The position numbers were made by a program, and so were the translations under genes. Shown piece by piece: positions 18,700 to 29,418 of a stretch of 64,000 nt of DNA; position 1 is the stretch's first letter, and each line of letters starts with the position of its first letter. The DNA comes from a virus, in IMG/VR virus record IMGVR_UViG_3300036818_000088, positions 12,182 through 76,181 of that record, one strand, 5' to 3'. The notes beneath the pieces were generated by a model. The model had not been told where the DNA came from, ran no database searches, and saw only the letters and a list, made by a program, of their open reading frames with translations.

Positions 18700-21600
18700 A
18701 GCCTGCTACGTCATCTGCGACCGCTGCGGTGATCCAGCCTCAATCTCGACAGACGGAGCCAAGATCGCCCGCTCACACGCTCGCCAAGAGGGCTTCAAGC
18801 GAATCGCCGTCGACACTGGACTTCGACACGAAGACGTTTGCTCGCGCTGCCTTCGGCCTGAGGATGAGGAACCACATCAATGAGTTCCCGCATCCACTGC
18901 TGGCTCCACGGCCACGACTGGGGGCGCTGGGACCGCGGCAACCACAAAGACATCTTCGGCAACATCTGGTCCCTGCGCTGGTGCAAGCAGTGCCGGGCTT
19001 CACAGAGGAGGTGCGTCGGGTGAGTAAGCAGGGGGTGGACTACACGCTAAAGCAGGCAGAGAGGCTTAAGCGAAAGATCGACCGCGAGGTCGCGAAGATC
19101 GAGGATGCCCTGTCGGTGCTTCGGCATACCGTGCCCGATACGACCGCCAGCAACTTCGCCCCCGGCGCCGGAGGCATCGACGGGATCGCAGAGGAAGTGC
19201 GCGCGAATCGGCCACGGCCTGAACGACATCATCGACCGCCGAACGGAGACCGACCATGAGTAAGCAGCTATCCGACCCTTGGCGCCGGCACATCCCTACG
19301 CTGACCCACATTATGAACGCGGTCCACCAGGTCCGCTGGGATCGCTGCATCGACGCTGGCGGCGGCATCCTGCGCCTCTACGGCTGGGTCGACCGCGTGG
19401 ACGATCATGCCGATTTCGTGATCCTCGACGCCCTGCACTCCATCTACGGACTCAGTTTCCTTTTCGCGACCTCAAGCCCCGACCCGTCCATCAGCGCCGA
19501 AATGGCCGTAGCCATCGGCATCTCCTTCGACGACCACGTCTCCTGCCAGCGCATCGAGCAGGTCTTCGGTGGTGCGGTGGTCAACGCGATCAAGCTGGGC
19601 GGCACCTCGTGAACAAATGCCCCTTCTGCAGCATGACCTTGACGTTTGGCGACGGTGCCCTGTGCTCCAAAAAAGACTGCCCGGCGTCGAAGCCCTGCCC
19701 TACCTGTGGTGCCGGGTGGGAGGCGATCGAGACCGGCAGGTACGGCAGGGTGACCCGGCTCTGCTCTCTCGTCTGCGTCCGCGACCATCGCAGCCACTTC
19801 CGCTACAGCGACAAGTTCTTCTGGTGGGTGGAAACCGAGCACGGGCCACCTCGCCGCCCCGTCGAGAAGATGCTGCGCCACGAACTCATCACCGAAGCCA
19901 TACGCCTCGGGATCAAGAACCCCGACCTCTACATCGTTCGCGAGCTGCGGCCTGTCGTCGCCAGCAGGCTGCGCCAGGAGGCGGGGCGCTGATGCCACTG
20001 ATCGGGCTGCGGACTCCCACGGCTCGGCACATCGAGAACCACATCGACCGCCTCGCGGTGAAGCTCGCCCGTGAGTGGGGCACGGTCTCGCCGCTCTGCC
20101 GCATCTACCTCGACCCGAAGACGACCAAGCGCGCTGTCATCGAGCGCTTCAGCCCCGCCGTCATCTGCCCAGATTGCATCCGGGTTGCTCGGCGCTGGTA
20201 CGCGGCCCGCTACTTCGTGCCCTTCGATGCCGTGCAGCGTCGGCGGTTGCTCGATGCGATCGGCTGGGATCTTGAGGCGGTGGTAGCGAATGGCTGAATC
20301 GCCCGAGGACGTGAGGAGGGAGTTTGAACGCGAGCTGACTGAGTTCGCCGAAGCCAACGTAATCGGAAAAGCTCCTGCGAGGAAGAGCGGAATCCGAAAC
20401 ACTGAGGAAGCCGTCGAGTCGCTTATGAAGCGGACCTATGGAGCCACCGAGGCCAATGCATCCGCTGAGAACGTCTGGGCCTGCAACTTTCCCTTGGAAC
20501 CTGAGCCGCCAATCTCGGTCCACTTTGAGGCTGGCGAGGAGATCCCAAACATCTGGCAAGAGCCACGCCGCCGCTGCCAGTGGAGCTGCTCTGATCCGGC
20601 GCATCCGTGGCCGCATCCGCTCAACTGGCTGAGGATGAAGTTCTTCGGCTACCCTCGCCGTTGCCCGCTACATGGCATTCGCCCCGAGCCACTAGTCAAC
20701 GTGGACGTATCCGCCATTCTCCCGCGGCGGGACATCATCGTCAGCCATGTGAAGGTGAAATAGCAGTTGGACTCCTCCGCCCTAATTAACCGCCTCCGCG
20801 CCATCGCCACCGACTCCGCGCTAGACGCCGACCGCCTCCTTCGCAGAGCAGAGCGCGGTGGCATCGAATCCTCAGAGCAGCGCAGCGAAGCCAGCGGCAA
20901 GCGCAACGATGCTGCCTTCCTGCACCAACTCGCCGATGCGCTCGAGCGCTGCCCGCTCGACGACCTCGAAGATATAGCCGAGCGGGCGAGCGGGTGATGT
21001 CAAGAGCGCCGCTTCGTAGATAGTCAAACAAAAGGAGACCAGCATGTGGGCAGGAATAGCCATTGGAGTCCTCGGCACCATCGTCGTCGAGGCCATCGTC
21101 GCTGTCGTCTTGGTGCTGAAGTACGGCGAAGGCTGGGGCGACTGATCGACCCGCCAGAGATCGACTCCGAGTGGCACTATCCGAAATGGACGAACGGGCG
21201 ATGGTCAGGACGGCGGTGGCCTGCAGGCTGGGAGCCGTGGGCACCCGAGATTCCCGACTTCCCACCGGGATGAGACGCGACCACCAAAGCACCGAGCTGA
21301 CCCGCGCCCACGATGCGCAGGGCTTTGAGCACTGGCCGCTCGCCGCGATCTACACCTTGCGGGCGATGGGCAGCGTTGGCGGTAATCAGTGGATGGACAC
21401 CGTGGAAGTCCAGGAAGCGAGCCAAGTCATCGGCCGCACGCTCAGCTACCCTGCTGCTCGCAACGGCATCCGCTATCTCGTCAATACGTGGGATGCCGAG
21501 GAGAGTGTCCGCGATCTTTGGTCGATTCAACGCCTCACCCCCAAAGGGCGCCAGCGCGCCGCCAGGTCCTTTGCGCTGTTCCCGGCCGAACGCAAGGATC

Positions 21601-22894
21601 GCGAGATCAGCGTTATCGAGAAGCTGCCACCCGATCCCGTCACCCCGCTATGGCGAATCCTCTACGACGAGGGAGAGGTACTCGTCATCGCCGCTGATCG
21701 CCAAGCAGCCCTCGCCCTCTTCGAGTCAGAGACAGGAGAGGATGCCCATAGGGCTGAGCCGGTGGATACGACAGCGCCCGTGGTGCTGACTTGGACGCTG
21801 CGCTGAGCATGGCTCGCCGCTCCCCCAACCGCTCTCGCTACCACAAGAGCGTCCGCCAAGACCGCAACCGCATCGCCGGAGAACAACGCCAAGCCAAGGG
21901 AGAGCCAAACGACCAAGAACGCTGGGCCGACGAGCTCGTGCGCAAACTCCGAAAAGGCAATTGAGGGCAAGCGCGATACGGTGAACCAGTGTCGTCAGTG
22001 TCGCGACAAGACACCGCCAAACAGACAAGTGGTGCCGACAATGGACAAACGGAGGAGAGAGGACCACAATGCGGCGCTATTTCCGACCCCCGACTTCGCC
22101 GCCCCGCCGAGCCGTCCCTTAACATGCCGCTATGCCCGATCAGCTACCTGTCCGCTGCCCTGCCGCCCAGCCTCTCGTCGGCCCACCGGTAGGCGGCCCC
22201 TCAGTCATCTGCGGCATCCTGCGCCGCGAGGGCGACGCCCAGGACGGCATCAGGGAGGGCACAGGCCAAGAGCACCTGACCGTCAAGGGCGACCCCTCGA
22301 TCGTCCACGGCTTCTGCTGCGGCACAGCCCTTCCGCCGGCAACCGTCGAGCAGGCCAAGGGCGAGGCCCGTGCCAACTACGGCTACTGCTCGATCTGGCA
22401 GCAAGAGAAGGAGCGCATCTGGGTAGAAGCCGAGAAGGCGTGGGGAGCGACGCCCCGCAAAGAGATGGCGCCGATCACCTCGGCCGACGACCTGATCGCT
22501 AGCCTGAGCTGATGGCTAGTCTGAAGAAGGGCGACTGGGTGCAGGTCATGCCGCTGCCCAGCTCCTACGCTTGGGCCGAGCCGCGCATCGGCATCATTGA
22601 CAAGCGCTACCTCGGCTACGGCGGGCCGGGACGGTGGGTCTATGACATCGAGGTCGACGGCGAGGTGCTGCCCGAGGTTGCCGAGTCGCGGATCGAGGCG
22701 GCGGCATGAGCGAGCTTGGGTGGTCGATCCGCTGGCACGTCACCCGTATCTTGGTCGGGAACTCATCGTTCTTTGTCGCGGCGGTCACAGACGGCGTTCA
22801 CGCCTTCCTACGGGAGTTCTCCGGGACGTGGTCTAATCGCTGGCGGCGAAGTGACCGGGATGAGTTCCGCCGCCGCTGGGATGCTTCTAGATGA
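18690..22894 (+). other. Array of small hypothetical genes, many Cys-rich (e.g. 18690-18883, 19020-19259, 19256-19612, 19609-19992, 19992-20297, 20290-20763, 20767-20997, ~21270-21806, 21809-21964, 22132-22512, 22512-22709, 22706-22894)
   Basis: Coupled ORFs; CxxC pairs; SH3/KOW-like 22512-22709. Confidence 0.6.
21044..21145 (+). CDS. 33-aa single-TM protein (absent from the ORF track)
   Basis: AAAGGAG RBS; MWAGIAIGVLGTIVVEAIVAVVLVLKYGEGWGD. Confidence 0.7.
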   Translation: MWAGIAIGVLGTIVVEAIVAVVLVLKYGEGWGD

Positions 22895-22948
22895 CCATGG
22901 CGACCGCCGCCTAACTCCCGCCCGACCAACCCATAAGGAGAAGCCCAC

Positions 22949-23752
22949 ATGCTCCACACACTCGCCCTCGTCAACGAGTCCACGGTCGTCGAGGACGCTG
23001 AGCTGAAACAGATCGCTCGCGCCCTGCAGCACCAGATCAACCACGACTTCGCCCCGCACTGGTTCACCAACGGCAACGTGGTCGCCGTGCCGAAGGGCCA
23101 GAAGGCTGACGCCGCGCATTGGTGGATCGTCATCGCCGACGATGTCGAAGAGGCCGGCGCGCTCGGCTACCACGACCTGACTCCGGATCTGAAGCCGGTG
23201 GCGATCGTCGGCGCCAAGACCGATCTCGAATACGACGCCAAGGTCAGCGTCACGATCAGCCACGAGGCGCTCGAGATGCTCGGCGACCCCTACATCATGC
23301 TCACCGCCGAAGACCCGGTTGCCGGGCGTCTATATGCCTATGAGACAGCCGACGCCGTAGAGGCCGACGATCTCGGCTACGACGTTTTCGGCGTCACCCT
23401 CTCGGACTTCGTCTTCCCGACCTACTTCCAAACCGAGTTCCGGGGCAAGAGCCAGCAGATGAGCTTCCGCGGCAACGTCAGCCAGCCCTTCGAGCTGGCG
23501 ACCGGGGGCTACCTCAGCTACCGCGAGATCGGCGACTCGAAGTGGAAGCAGGAAACCAAGCAGGAGGCCGCTGCTGATCCCCAACAGCGCCAGCACGCCC
23601 AGCGCCATCCCGGCTTCCCCCCCGGCTCTCGCCGCGAGCGCCGCATACGCCGCAGCCAAGCCGCGTTGAAGGTCAGCGACCACGCTCTCTCGCCGGGTCA
23701 TGGCGGCGGACGGGCTGCGTTGCGGGTGGTGCAGGGAGGGAAGGATTGCTGA
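22949..23752 (+). CDS. Zincin-like putative metallopeptidase
   Basis: GALGYH, SHEALEMLGDP, YETADAVE, SDFVFPTYF; AAGGAG RBS. Confidence 0.65.
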   Translation: MLHTLALVNESTVVEDAELKQIARALQHQINHDFAPHWFTNGNVVAVPKGQKADAAHWWIVIADDVEEAGALGYHDLTPDLKPVAIVGAKTDLEYDAKVSVTISHEALEMLGDPYIMLTAEDPVAGRLYAYETADAVEADDLGYDVFGVTLSDFVFPTYFQTEFRGKSQQMSFRGNVSQPFELATGGYLSYREIGDSKWKQETKQEAAADPQQRQHAQRHPGFPPGSRRERRIRRSQAALKVSDHALSPGHGGGRAALRVVQGGKDC

Positions 23753-23794
23753 ACCTCCTTCACTCTCCTGCTACGATGTAGCTACACCCGATCA
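23747..23794 (+). promoter_or_regulatory. Promoter/operator cassette copy D
   Basis: 17-nt exact match to copy A (TGCTGAACCTCCTTCAC), TGCTACGAT, ACACCCGATCA; GAGGAG RBS follows. Confidence 0.78.
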
Positions 23795-23802
23795 GAGGAG
23801 CG

Positions 23803-24069
23803 TTGATGTTCGGTATTCGCATAGGAGGCAGCGGACAGGTCTATCTCTCAGTGCCAGTCCTGATTGACGACGAGTGGACTACCTGCTGGCGCTTGCTGGA
23901 GTCTTGGCAATACGGAGGCGCAAAGCGCAACGATGCTGGCCGCATCTTCCATAACGATCCGACGCTGCCGCATCCGCTAACCGGTAGGCCTAGTGATCCG
24001 CCGCGGTGCACGGACTGGGCTAAGCAACCACAGGCGATGCTTGAAGTGCTGGCGGCTTCGGTTTGGTGA
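23803..24069 (+). CDS. Hypothetical protein
   Basis: First ORF after promoter copy D. Confidence 0.6.
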   Translation: MMFGIRIGGSGQVYLSVPVLIDDEWTTCWRLLESWQYGGAKRNDAGRIFHNDPTLPHPLTGRPSDPPRCTDWAKQPQAMLEVLAASVW

Positions 24070-24584
24070 TCTATCGCATCTGGACCGATGGCTGTTGTCT
24101 AAAGCCGCCGTGGGGGAAAGAGGGAGCCGGCGGCTGGGCGATGGTGGTTGAGGAAGACGGAAAGGTGCTCGCTACCGATTGCGTCGGCTATGAGTGGACC
24201 AACCCCTTGGAGATGGAGATGCGCGCTGTCATCGCTGCGCTGCGCTACGCCGATGGGCGCCAAGTCGAGATCTTCTGCGATGCCAAGGTCGTCGTCACCG
24301 GTGCGATGGAGCACCTCTCCGCCTACCGTCGCAAGGGCTGGCGCACCGTGCCGGGAGGCGAGGTCGCGCTGTGGCAGCGGGTCGAGGAACTGCTGTTGGG
24401 CAGCCTCACCACGATCTTATGGGTGCCGAGTCACTCGGGCTATCCCTTTAACGAATACGCCGATGAGCTCGCCGATATCGCCGCTAGGGGCGCTCGCACG
24501 GCGCGCTTCGACCCGCTGCCTACCGCTGCGGTGATCGCCTCGCAGTTCGCGCCGTTGGTTGCACAGGGGACAGCCAGTGGATAG
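24063..24584 (+). CDS. rnhA: Ribonuclease HI
   Basis: IWTDG, GGWA, TN..MEMRAV, IFCD, WVPSHSG..NEYADELA; all acidic catalytic positions are present. Confidence 0.88.
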   Translation: MVIYRIWTDGCCLKPPWGKEGAGGWAMVVEEDGKVLATDCVGYEWTNPLEMEMRAVIAALRYADGRQVEIFCDAKVVVTGAMEHLSAYRRKGWRTVPGGEVALWQRVEELLLGSLTTILWVPSHSGYPFNEYADELADIAARGARTARFDPLPTAAVIASQFAPLVAQGTASG

Positions 24585-25059
24585 GGCAGCCAAGGTCGCC
24601 AAGGCGAGGAAGCTGCGCGAGCAGGGGTTGAGCTATGCAGAGATCAGCGAACAGCTAGGCATCTCGTATTCAACGGCCTACGACTATGTAACCGAAGCCA
24701 CCACGCGCTGGAGGCGAGAGCACCCTGATCGCCTTCGTGAACAAAACCTCGCCCGCAACGATGCCAAGCGTGAGGCGGAAGCCGGAGAGTGCGAGAGGTG
24801 CGGCGGTCGGGTCAGTGACGGTAAAAGGTTCGATAGATGCAATGAGTGCCGCCGTACCGAGGAACGTTCCGACACCGCCGAGCGCGCCGAACGCTTCATC
24901 CGTCTGCGCGAACGCGGCTTGCTCAACCATCAGATCGCCGAGCTTGAGGGGGTTTCTATGCAAGCCGTTGCCACAGTGCTGTACCGGGCGCATAGGCAGA
25001 TCGGCCTCTACGTCCCGCCCTCGCCCTACCACCATCCCAAGCCCCCGATCCTCGGCTAG
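24577..25059 (+). CDS. HTH-Zn finger-HTH DNA-binding protein
   Basis: GLSYAEISEQLGISYSTAYDY; CERC..CNEC; GLLNHQIAELEGVSMQAV. Confidence 0.75.
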   Translation: MDRAAKVAKARKLREQGLSYAEISEQLGISYSTAYDYVTEATTRWRREHPDRLREQNLARNDAKREAEAGECERCGGRVSDGKRFDRCNECRRTEERSDTAERAERFIRLRERGLLNHQIAELEGVSMQAVATVLYRAHRQIGLYVPPSPYHHPKPPILG

Positions 25060-25061
25060 GC

Positions 25062-26203
25062 TTGCACCCAGTCAACTTCGACCGAAGGAATTCTATGCAG
25101 ATCAAGGTGCGAAACGAATACGGTTGTACGGAGGTGCTGGTCGTCAATCCAGCCACCGACATGGTGCTATACGAAATCTCTTTGCAGGACGGCAAAGAGG
25201 TTGTGGTCACCGCTGTCAACGCCCACGAGGCCTCCGACATTGAGGTCGGCGAGGTCACCGTCTCCGGCAACTTCGAGCCGAGCGGCGAAGGTTCCGAGTA
25301 GAATTTCGCTACGACGGTCGGAAGAGAGGGGCGAGCGTGGGGAAGGCACCACACCAAGCGCTCGCCGCCTGGCCATTGACTCTCCGGGTGCTATCGAGCA
25401 CGGACTTGTGCCGACGATCGAAAACGGCGGCGTCAACCTCAGCTAGGACTCGGCAGGGCAGTCGCGATCCGCGCCAGCGACTACCCTTCACCGCGTGAGG
25501 ATGCTCGGGCGAACCTGTATCTACGGCTATGGCCTATCGGATGCTCCGCGGTCCTGGCGAAAGCTCTCCCGTCGCCGCACTAAGCGCCGCGAGCGCCAGC
25601 GATGGAAGAGAGAGGTGGCAGCGTGAGGAAACGAGCACGGGAACGATGGCTGCGCTTCAGAGACGAGCACGGCTTCCCGAAGATCACGCCGATGGCGAAG
25701 CTCTACCGGAAGCAAGGGCTGCGTCCGGCGAGTGCTGAGGAGTTCGAGGCCGTCTGCGCGGCCGAAGGCATCGGGCCGCCGGACGGTGAGGGATGAGCCA
25801 GGCGCAGCAGCTTAACGAGGGCGACCGAGTCCGCTTCGTCGGCCACATCATGCACGAGGCTCCGCCGATCCTGAAGGGCGAGAAGGGCGCAGCGGGAACC
25901 ATCGAGGATGGCGGCTACGGCGACCTCTACCGGATGCGTCTCGACAAGACTGGGACCACGGTCCAGATCCACGCCATGCAGGTCGAGCGTGTAGACGGCA
26001 AACCGGTCTGCCGCGTCTGTGGCTGCACCAACGATTACCCCTGCACTCGCCGCACCAAGGCGTCCAACTGGACCTGCGGCTGGGCCGAGGATGACCTATG
26101 CACCGCCTGCACTCCCGACGCCGCGCCGGGCTGGGTACATCGCTCGGCCAAGGCGATTGAGGACGGCGACGACATGCTCCGCTCCTCGCTTGGTGGTTTC
26201 TAG
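25062..26203 (+). other. Hypothetical genes (~25095-25301, ~25602-25796, 25793-26203) around a ~200-nt structured gap
   Basis: ORFs with RBSs; the last is Cys-rich. Confidence 0.55.
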
Positions 26204-28252
26204 ATGGCCGTCCGCGACCGCTTCCTCGCCCGCGCCTCCGAGGTGCTGACTAACTGGTCAGGACTCGCCGTCACCGAGGCTGAGGAGCTGGATGTCCTGC
26301 GCGAGCGCTCTGAGGGCTTCGGCGAACTCGCGAACTTCGCCGAGGATCTCGCTGATCGCGCCTTGGACTTCGCCGGTGGCGGGGAATATGCGCCGCGCGA
26401 GGCTAAGATCGAGAACCGCCGCCGCCTCGCCCGCCGATCGCGTACTGCTCTTGTTCACGATCCGATCGCCGGCAGCGAGGCGAACCTGCGGGCGAACTTC
26501 GCCTTCGGCAAGGGCATTAGCAAGCCCAAGGCCGCAGAGAAGAAGGTGCAGGAGATCGTCGACCGCGCCTGGATGGATCCGGTCAATCAAAAGAAGCTGA
26601 CCAGCTACCAGGCTCAGCGCAAGCGCTCCAACGACCTCATCACATCGGCCAACCTCTTCCTCGGCTTCATCGAGCACAACGGCCGCATCCACGTCGTCTT
26701 CCTCGAGCCAGATGAGGTCACCGACATCGTCTCGGACCCAGACGATGACGAAATCCCTCTGTACTACGTGACACGCAAACGCAAGCAGGATTGGGACTTT
26801 TTTCAAGATATGCCTAAGCCGGTGCTCGGCTATGAGATGGAAGGGGGGCGCGAGCTCGTCTTCTACTTCCCGCACTGGCGCTTCGTCGAGGAGCAGATGA
26901 GCTGGGCCGAAGAGACCGGCAGCGAACAGCCGAAGCTGCCGCCACCAGAGAAGCGCGGCGATGCCTGGATCGAGCATGTGGCGATCAACCAGATCGGCCG
27001 AACGCATTTCGGCATTCCGCCATGGGCTCGGACCCTTCGCTTCTTCTCGGCGATGAATCAGCTCACCGAGGCGCAGGTGGCAATGCGCCAAGGTGCTGCC
27101 TCGATCATCGCCCAGCGCATCCGCCGCGGTGGCCCCAAAGATGTGCAGCGCGCCGCGGCCGGCGTCCTCAACATGGTCGGCGAGTTCGGCGCCGCACGCT
27201 TCGGTCGCCGAGCCGAACCGCAGAACGCCGGCATCGGTACCGAGCCGCAGGTCGGCAAACCACCGGTGCCCGCCGGCTCATGGCTGACCTCCAACGAAGG
27301 CGAGCGCCTCGAAGCAGTCAACCTCAGTTCGGGTGCGAGCCAGGCCGCCCAAGATGCCCAGATCGTTCGCGCTCCCCTCGCGGCTGCTTCGGGCTTCGGG
27401 CAGCATTACCTTGGCGATCCCTCCTCGACGACGCTTGCCGGTGGAACGACCTTGGAGTTGCCAACGCTACTTGAGGTGAGTTCTTGGCAGGAGACCTTTG
27501 AGGGCCTTTATCGCTGGTTTATCGACCGCTCGATCGAGGCAGCCGTGCGCGCCGGGCAGCTCGGCGGGCTTGTCGGCACTCAGCGAGGCGATGGGCGCTC
27601 ACTCGCCGACCTGCGCCTCCCCGAGGACAAGGCGGAGATGGAGAAACGCCTCGGCGTCGATCTCAGCTACAGCTTTGAAATGCCCTACCCAGGTCGGCGC
27701 AACCTGCCCGATGTCGTCGCCGCGATCGTCGCGGTCGCCTCGGGCTTCGATCCGATGGGCGTCGACAAGCCGCTACGCCGCAACCTGCTTGACTTCTTCG
27801 CCCGCCACGGCCTGCTCACCGAGGACCCGGCAAAGTGGGTCGAGGAAGCGCTGCCCGAGGAGGGCGAAATGCCTCCCTTTCCCGGTAGCGGCGTCGGCAT
27901 GGAAACCGAAGAAGGGCCAGAAGGCCCGGTCACCCGCGTCGGCCCCAACGCCGCAGCCCCCTCCAAAAATGGCCGCGAGACGAGCGAACAGCCGCAGTAC
28001 CCCGGTCAGAAAACCCGCAGCCGCCCCCCCTCGAACGAACTCGGCGGCGGCACCCGCACGCGCGAGGTGATGGAGGCGGCGCTGGCCGAGGGCACGACCC
28101 CCGACCCCGGCGCCTTCATCGACGCGATGAACGCCGACGCCGCGCGCGAGTTCGCCGCGCTCGCCGCCGATCCCGCTGCGCTGCTTGCGGGGAAGGCTCC
28201 GTCTGCCGATCCTGCGAAGGCCAGGAACGGCTCCAATGGGGTGCCCTCTTAG
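26204..28252 (+). CDS. Portal protein
   Basis: 682 aa; position before a MuF-like gene; AFGKG, PDEVTDIVSDPDD, GFGQHYLGDPS..LA..TTLELP. Confidence 0.85.
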   Translation: MAVRDRFLARASEVLTNWSGLAVTEAEELDVLRERSEGFGELANFAEDLADRALDFAGGGEYAPREAKIENRRRLARRSRTALVHDPIAGSEANLRANFAFGKGISKPKAAEKKVQEIVDRAWMDPVNQKKLTSYQAQRKRSNDLITSANLFLGFIEHNGRIHVVFLEPDEVTDIVSDPDDDEIPLYYVTRKRKQDWDFFQDMPKPVLGYEMEGGRELVFYFPHWRFVEEQMSWAEETGSEQPKLPPPEKRGDAWIEHVAINQIGRTHFGIPPWARTLRFFSAMNQLTEAQVAMRQGAASIIAQRIRRGGPKDVQRAAAGVLNMVGEFGAARFGRRAEPQNAGIGTEPQVGKPPVPAGSWLTSNEGERLEAVNLSSGASQAAQDAQIVRAPLAAASGFGQHYLGDPSSTTLAGGTTLELPTLLEVSSWQETFEGLYRWFIDRSIEAAVRAGQLGGLVGTQRGDGRSLADLRLPEDKAEMEKRLGVDLSYSFEMPYPGRRNLPDVVAAIVAVASGFDPMGVDKPLRRNLLDFFARHGLLTEDPAKWVEEALPEEGEMPPFPGSGVGMETEEGPEGPVTRVGPNAAAPSKNGRETSEQPQYPGQKTRSRPPSNELGGGTRTREVMEAALAEGTTPDPGAFIDAMNADAAREFAALAADPAALLAGKAPSADPAKARNGSNGVPS

Positions 28253-28439
28253 ATGGCCCGGCTGCTTACGCGCTATTGGAATTGGCGGCGAGAGAAAGTT
28301 GAGTTGGCTTTGGCGGATCAGAGTCACCACCGCTCCGAATGGGGCTGGTCCTACAAGCCAAGCGATTGGACTGCATCCGACAAGCGCAAGGCTCGGCTGG
28401 AGCACCGCCTTTCCTGCATCCAAAAGAAGCTCGGGATAA

Positions 28440-29414
28440 GTGGAACAGCAGCGCCGACAAGCTCCGCCTAAGCCAGTCCCGGTCATCCTGCCCGGTGCAG
28501 TGGGCGGTGTGGCGGGCAGCATCCCTGGCTCGGCGTCGGCGACAGCCTCGCTAACTGCCGGTGCCGGTGGTGACACCACCATCGCCGAGGTCTCCGGCAA
28601 GTCCGCCGCTGCAGTCTTGGCGGTGCTGGCGCGGCTCTCGGCCAAGCGCCTCGCTGCGATGCGCGAGCGCCTGCTTGCCTCCGGTACCGCGCTCGGCGAC
28701 ATCGACAAAGCACTCGCCGAAGAGGTCCAGCGCGAAGCCGTCTACAAGCGCCTCGCCGATCAGCGGGTGAAAGCTGGCATGAAGCTAGCTTTGCGCGCCA
28801 GCGATCCCAGCGTCCGCGCCGCCGCCGCCGAGAAGGTGCTGGCCCGCGAGCAGCGCTTCGCCCAACAGCGCGCCTCGGCCTCAGCCGAACGGGTGCTCGC
28901 CTCGGCCGAGCTGCAGGAATTGCGACGGATCAGCCCGCAGGGAGCGTTCTGGCGGCTTGGGGCGCGTCAGACGCACACGCCCGACTGCGTGGCTATGGCG
29001 GGTCAGTTTTTCCCATGGACCGTCCTCAATGAGGTCCACCCGCTGCGACATCCCGGCTGCGGCTGTTTCTTGGTTAGCCTCGGCTCGGCGATCTCCGAAG
29101 GCTTGATGGCTCCCGGCGACATCCCCACCGACGCTGCTGCCCGCAAGCTCGCCGCCGGGGTCATCGCCCAGGTCCGCCAAGAGAAGGCCGACGCCATCCG
29201 CAAGTACGGACTCGAAGAGGAAGCCACCCGTGAGATCGTCATCCGTGAGCGCCTCGCCGAGACCGGAGCCGATGCCGACCTGCTCGCCGCCGCGCCGCTT
29301 CGCTGCGAAAGGTGTTCCCGAGTCCGACTGAACCAACACCGCCTACGCCTGCTGCGCGAAAAGCAGGCCGAACGGCAATTCGGGATCGCGGCAGCCATCC
29401 CCGTCGCCGAGTAG
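28440..29414 (+). CDS. MuF/gp7-like minor head protein
   Basis: Follows the portal; HTPDC..MAG..HPLRHPGCGC motif. Confidence 0.7.
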   Translation: MEQQRRQAPPKPVPVILPGAVGGVAGSIPGSASATASLTAGAGGDTTIAEVSGKSAAAVLAVLARLSAKRLAAMRERLLASGTALGDIDKALAEEVQREAVYKRLADQRVKAGMKLALRASDPSVRAAAAEKVLAREQRFAQQRASASAERVLASAELQELRRISPQGAFWRLGARQTHTPDCVAMAGQFFPWTVLNEVHPLRHPGCGCFLVSLGSAISEGLMAPGDIPTDAAARKLAAGVIAQVRQEKADAIRKYGLEEEATREIVIRERLAETGADADLLAAAPLRCERCSRVRLNQHRLRLLREKQAERQFGIAAAIPVAE

Positions 29415-29418
29415 GCTG

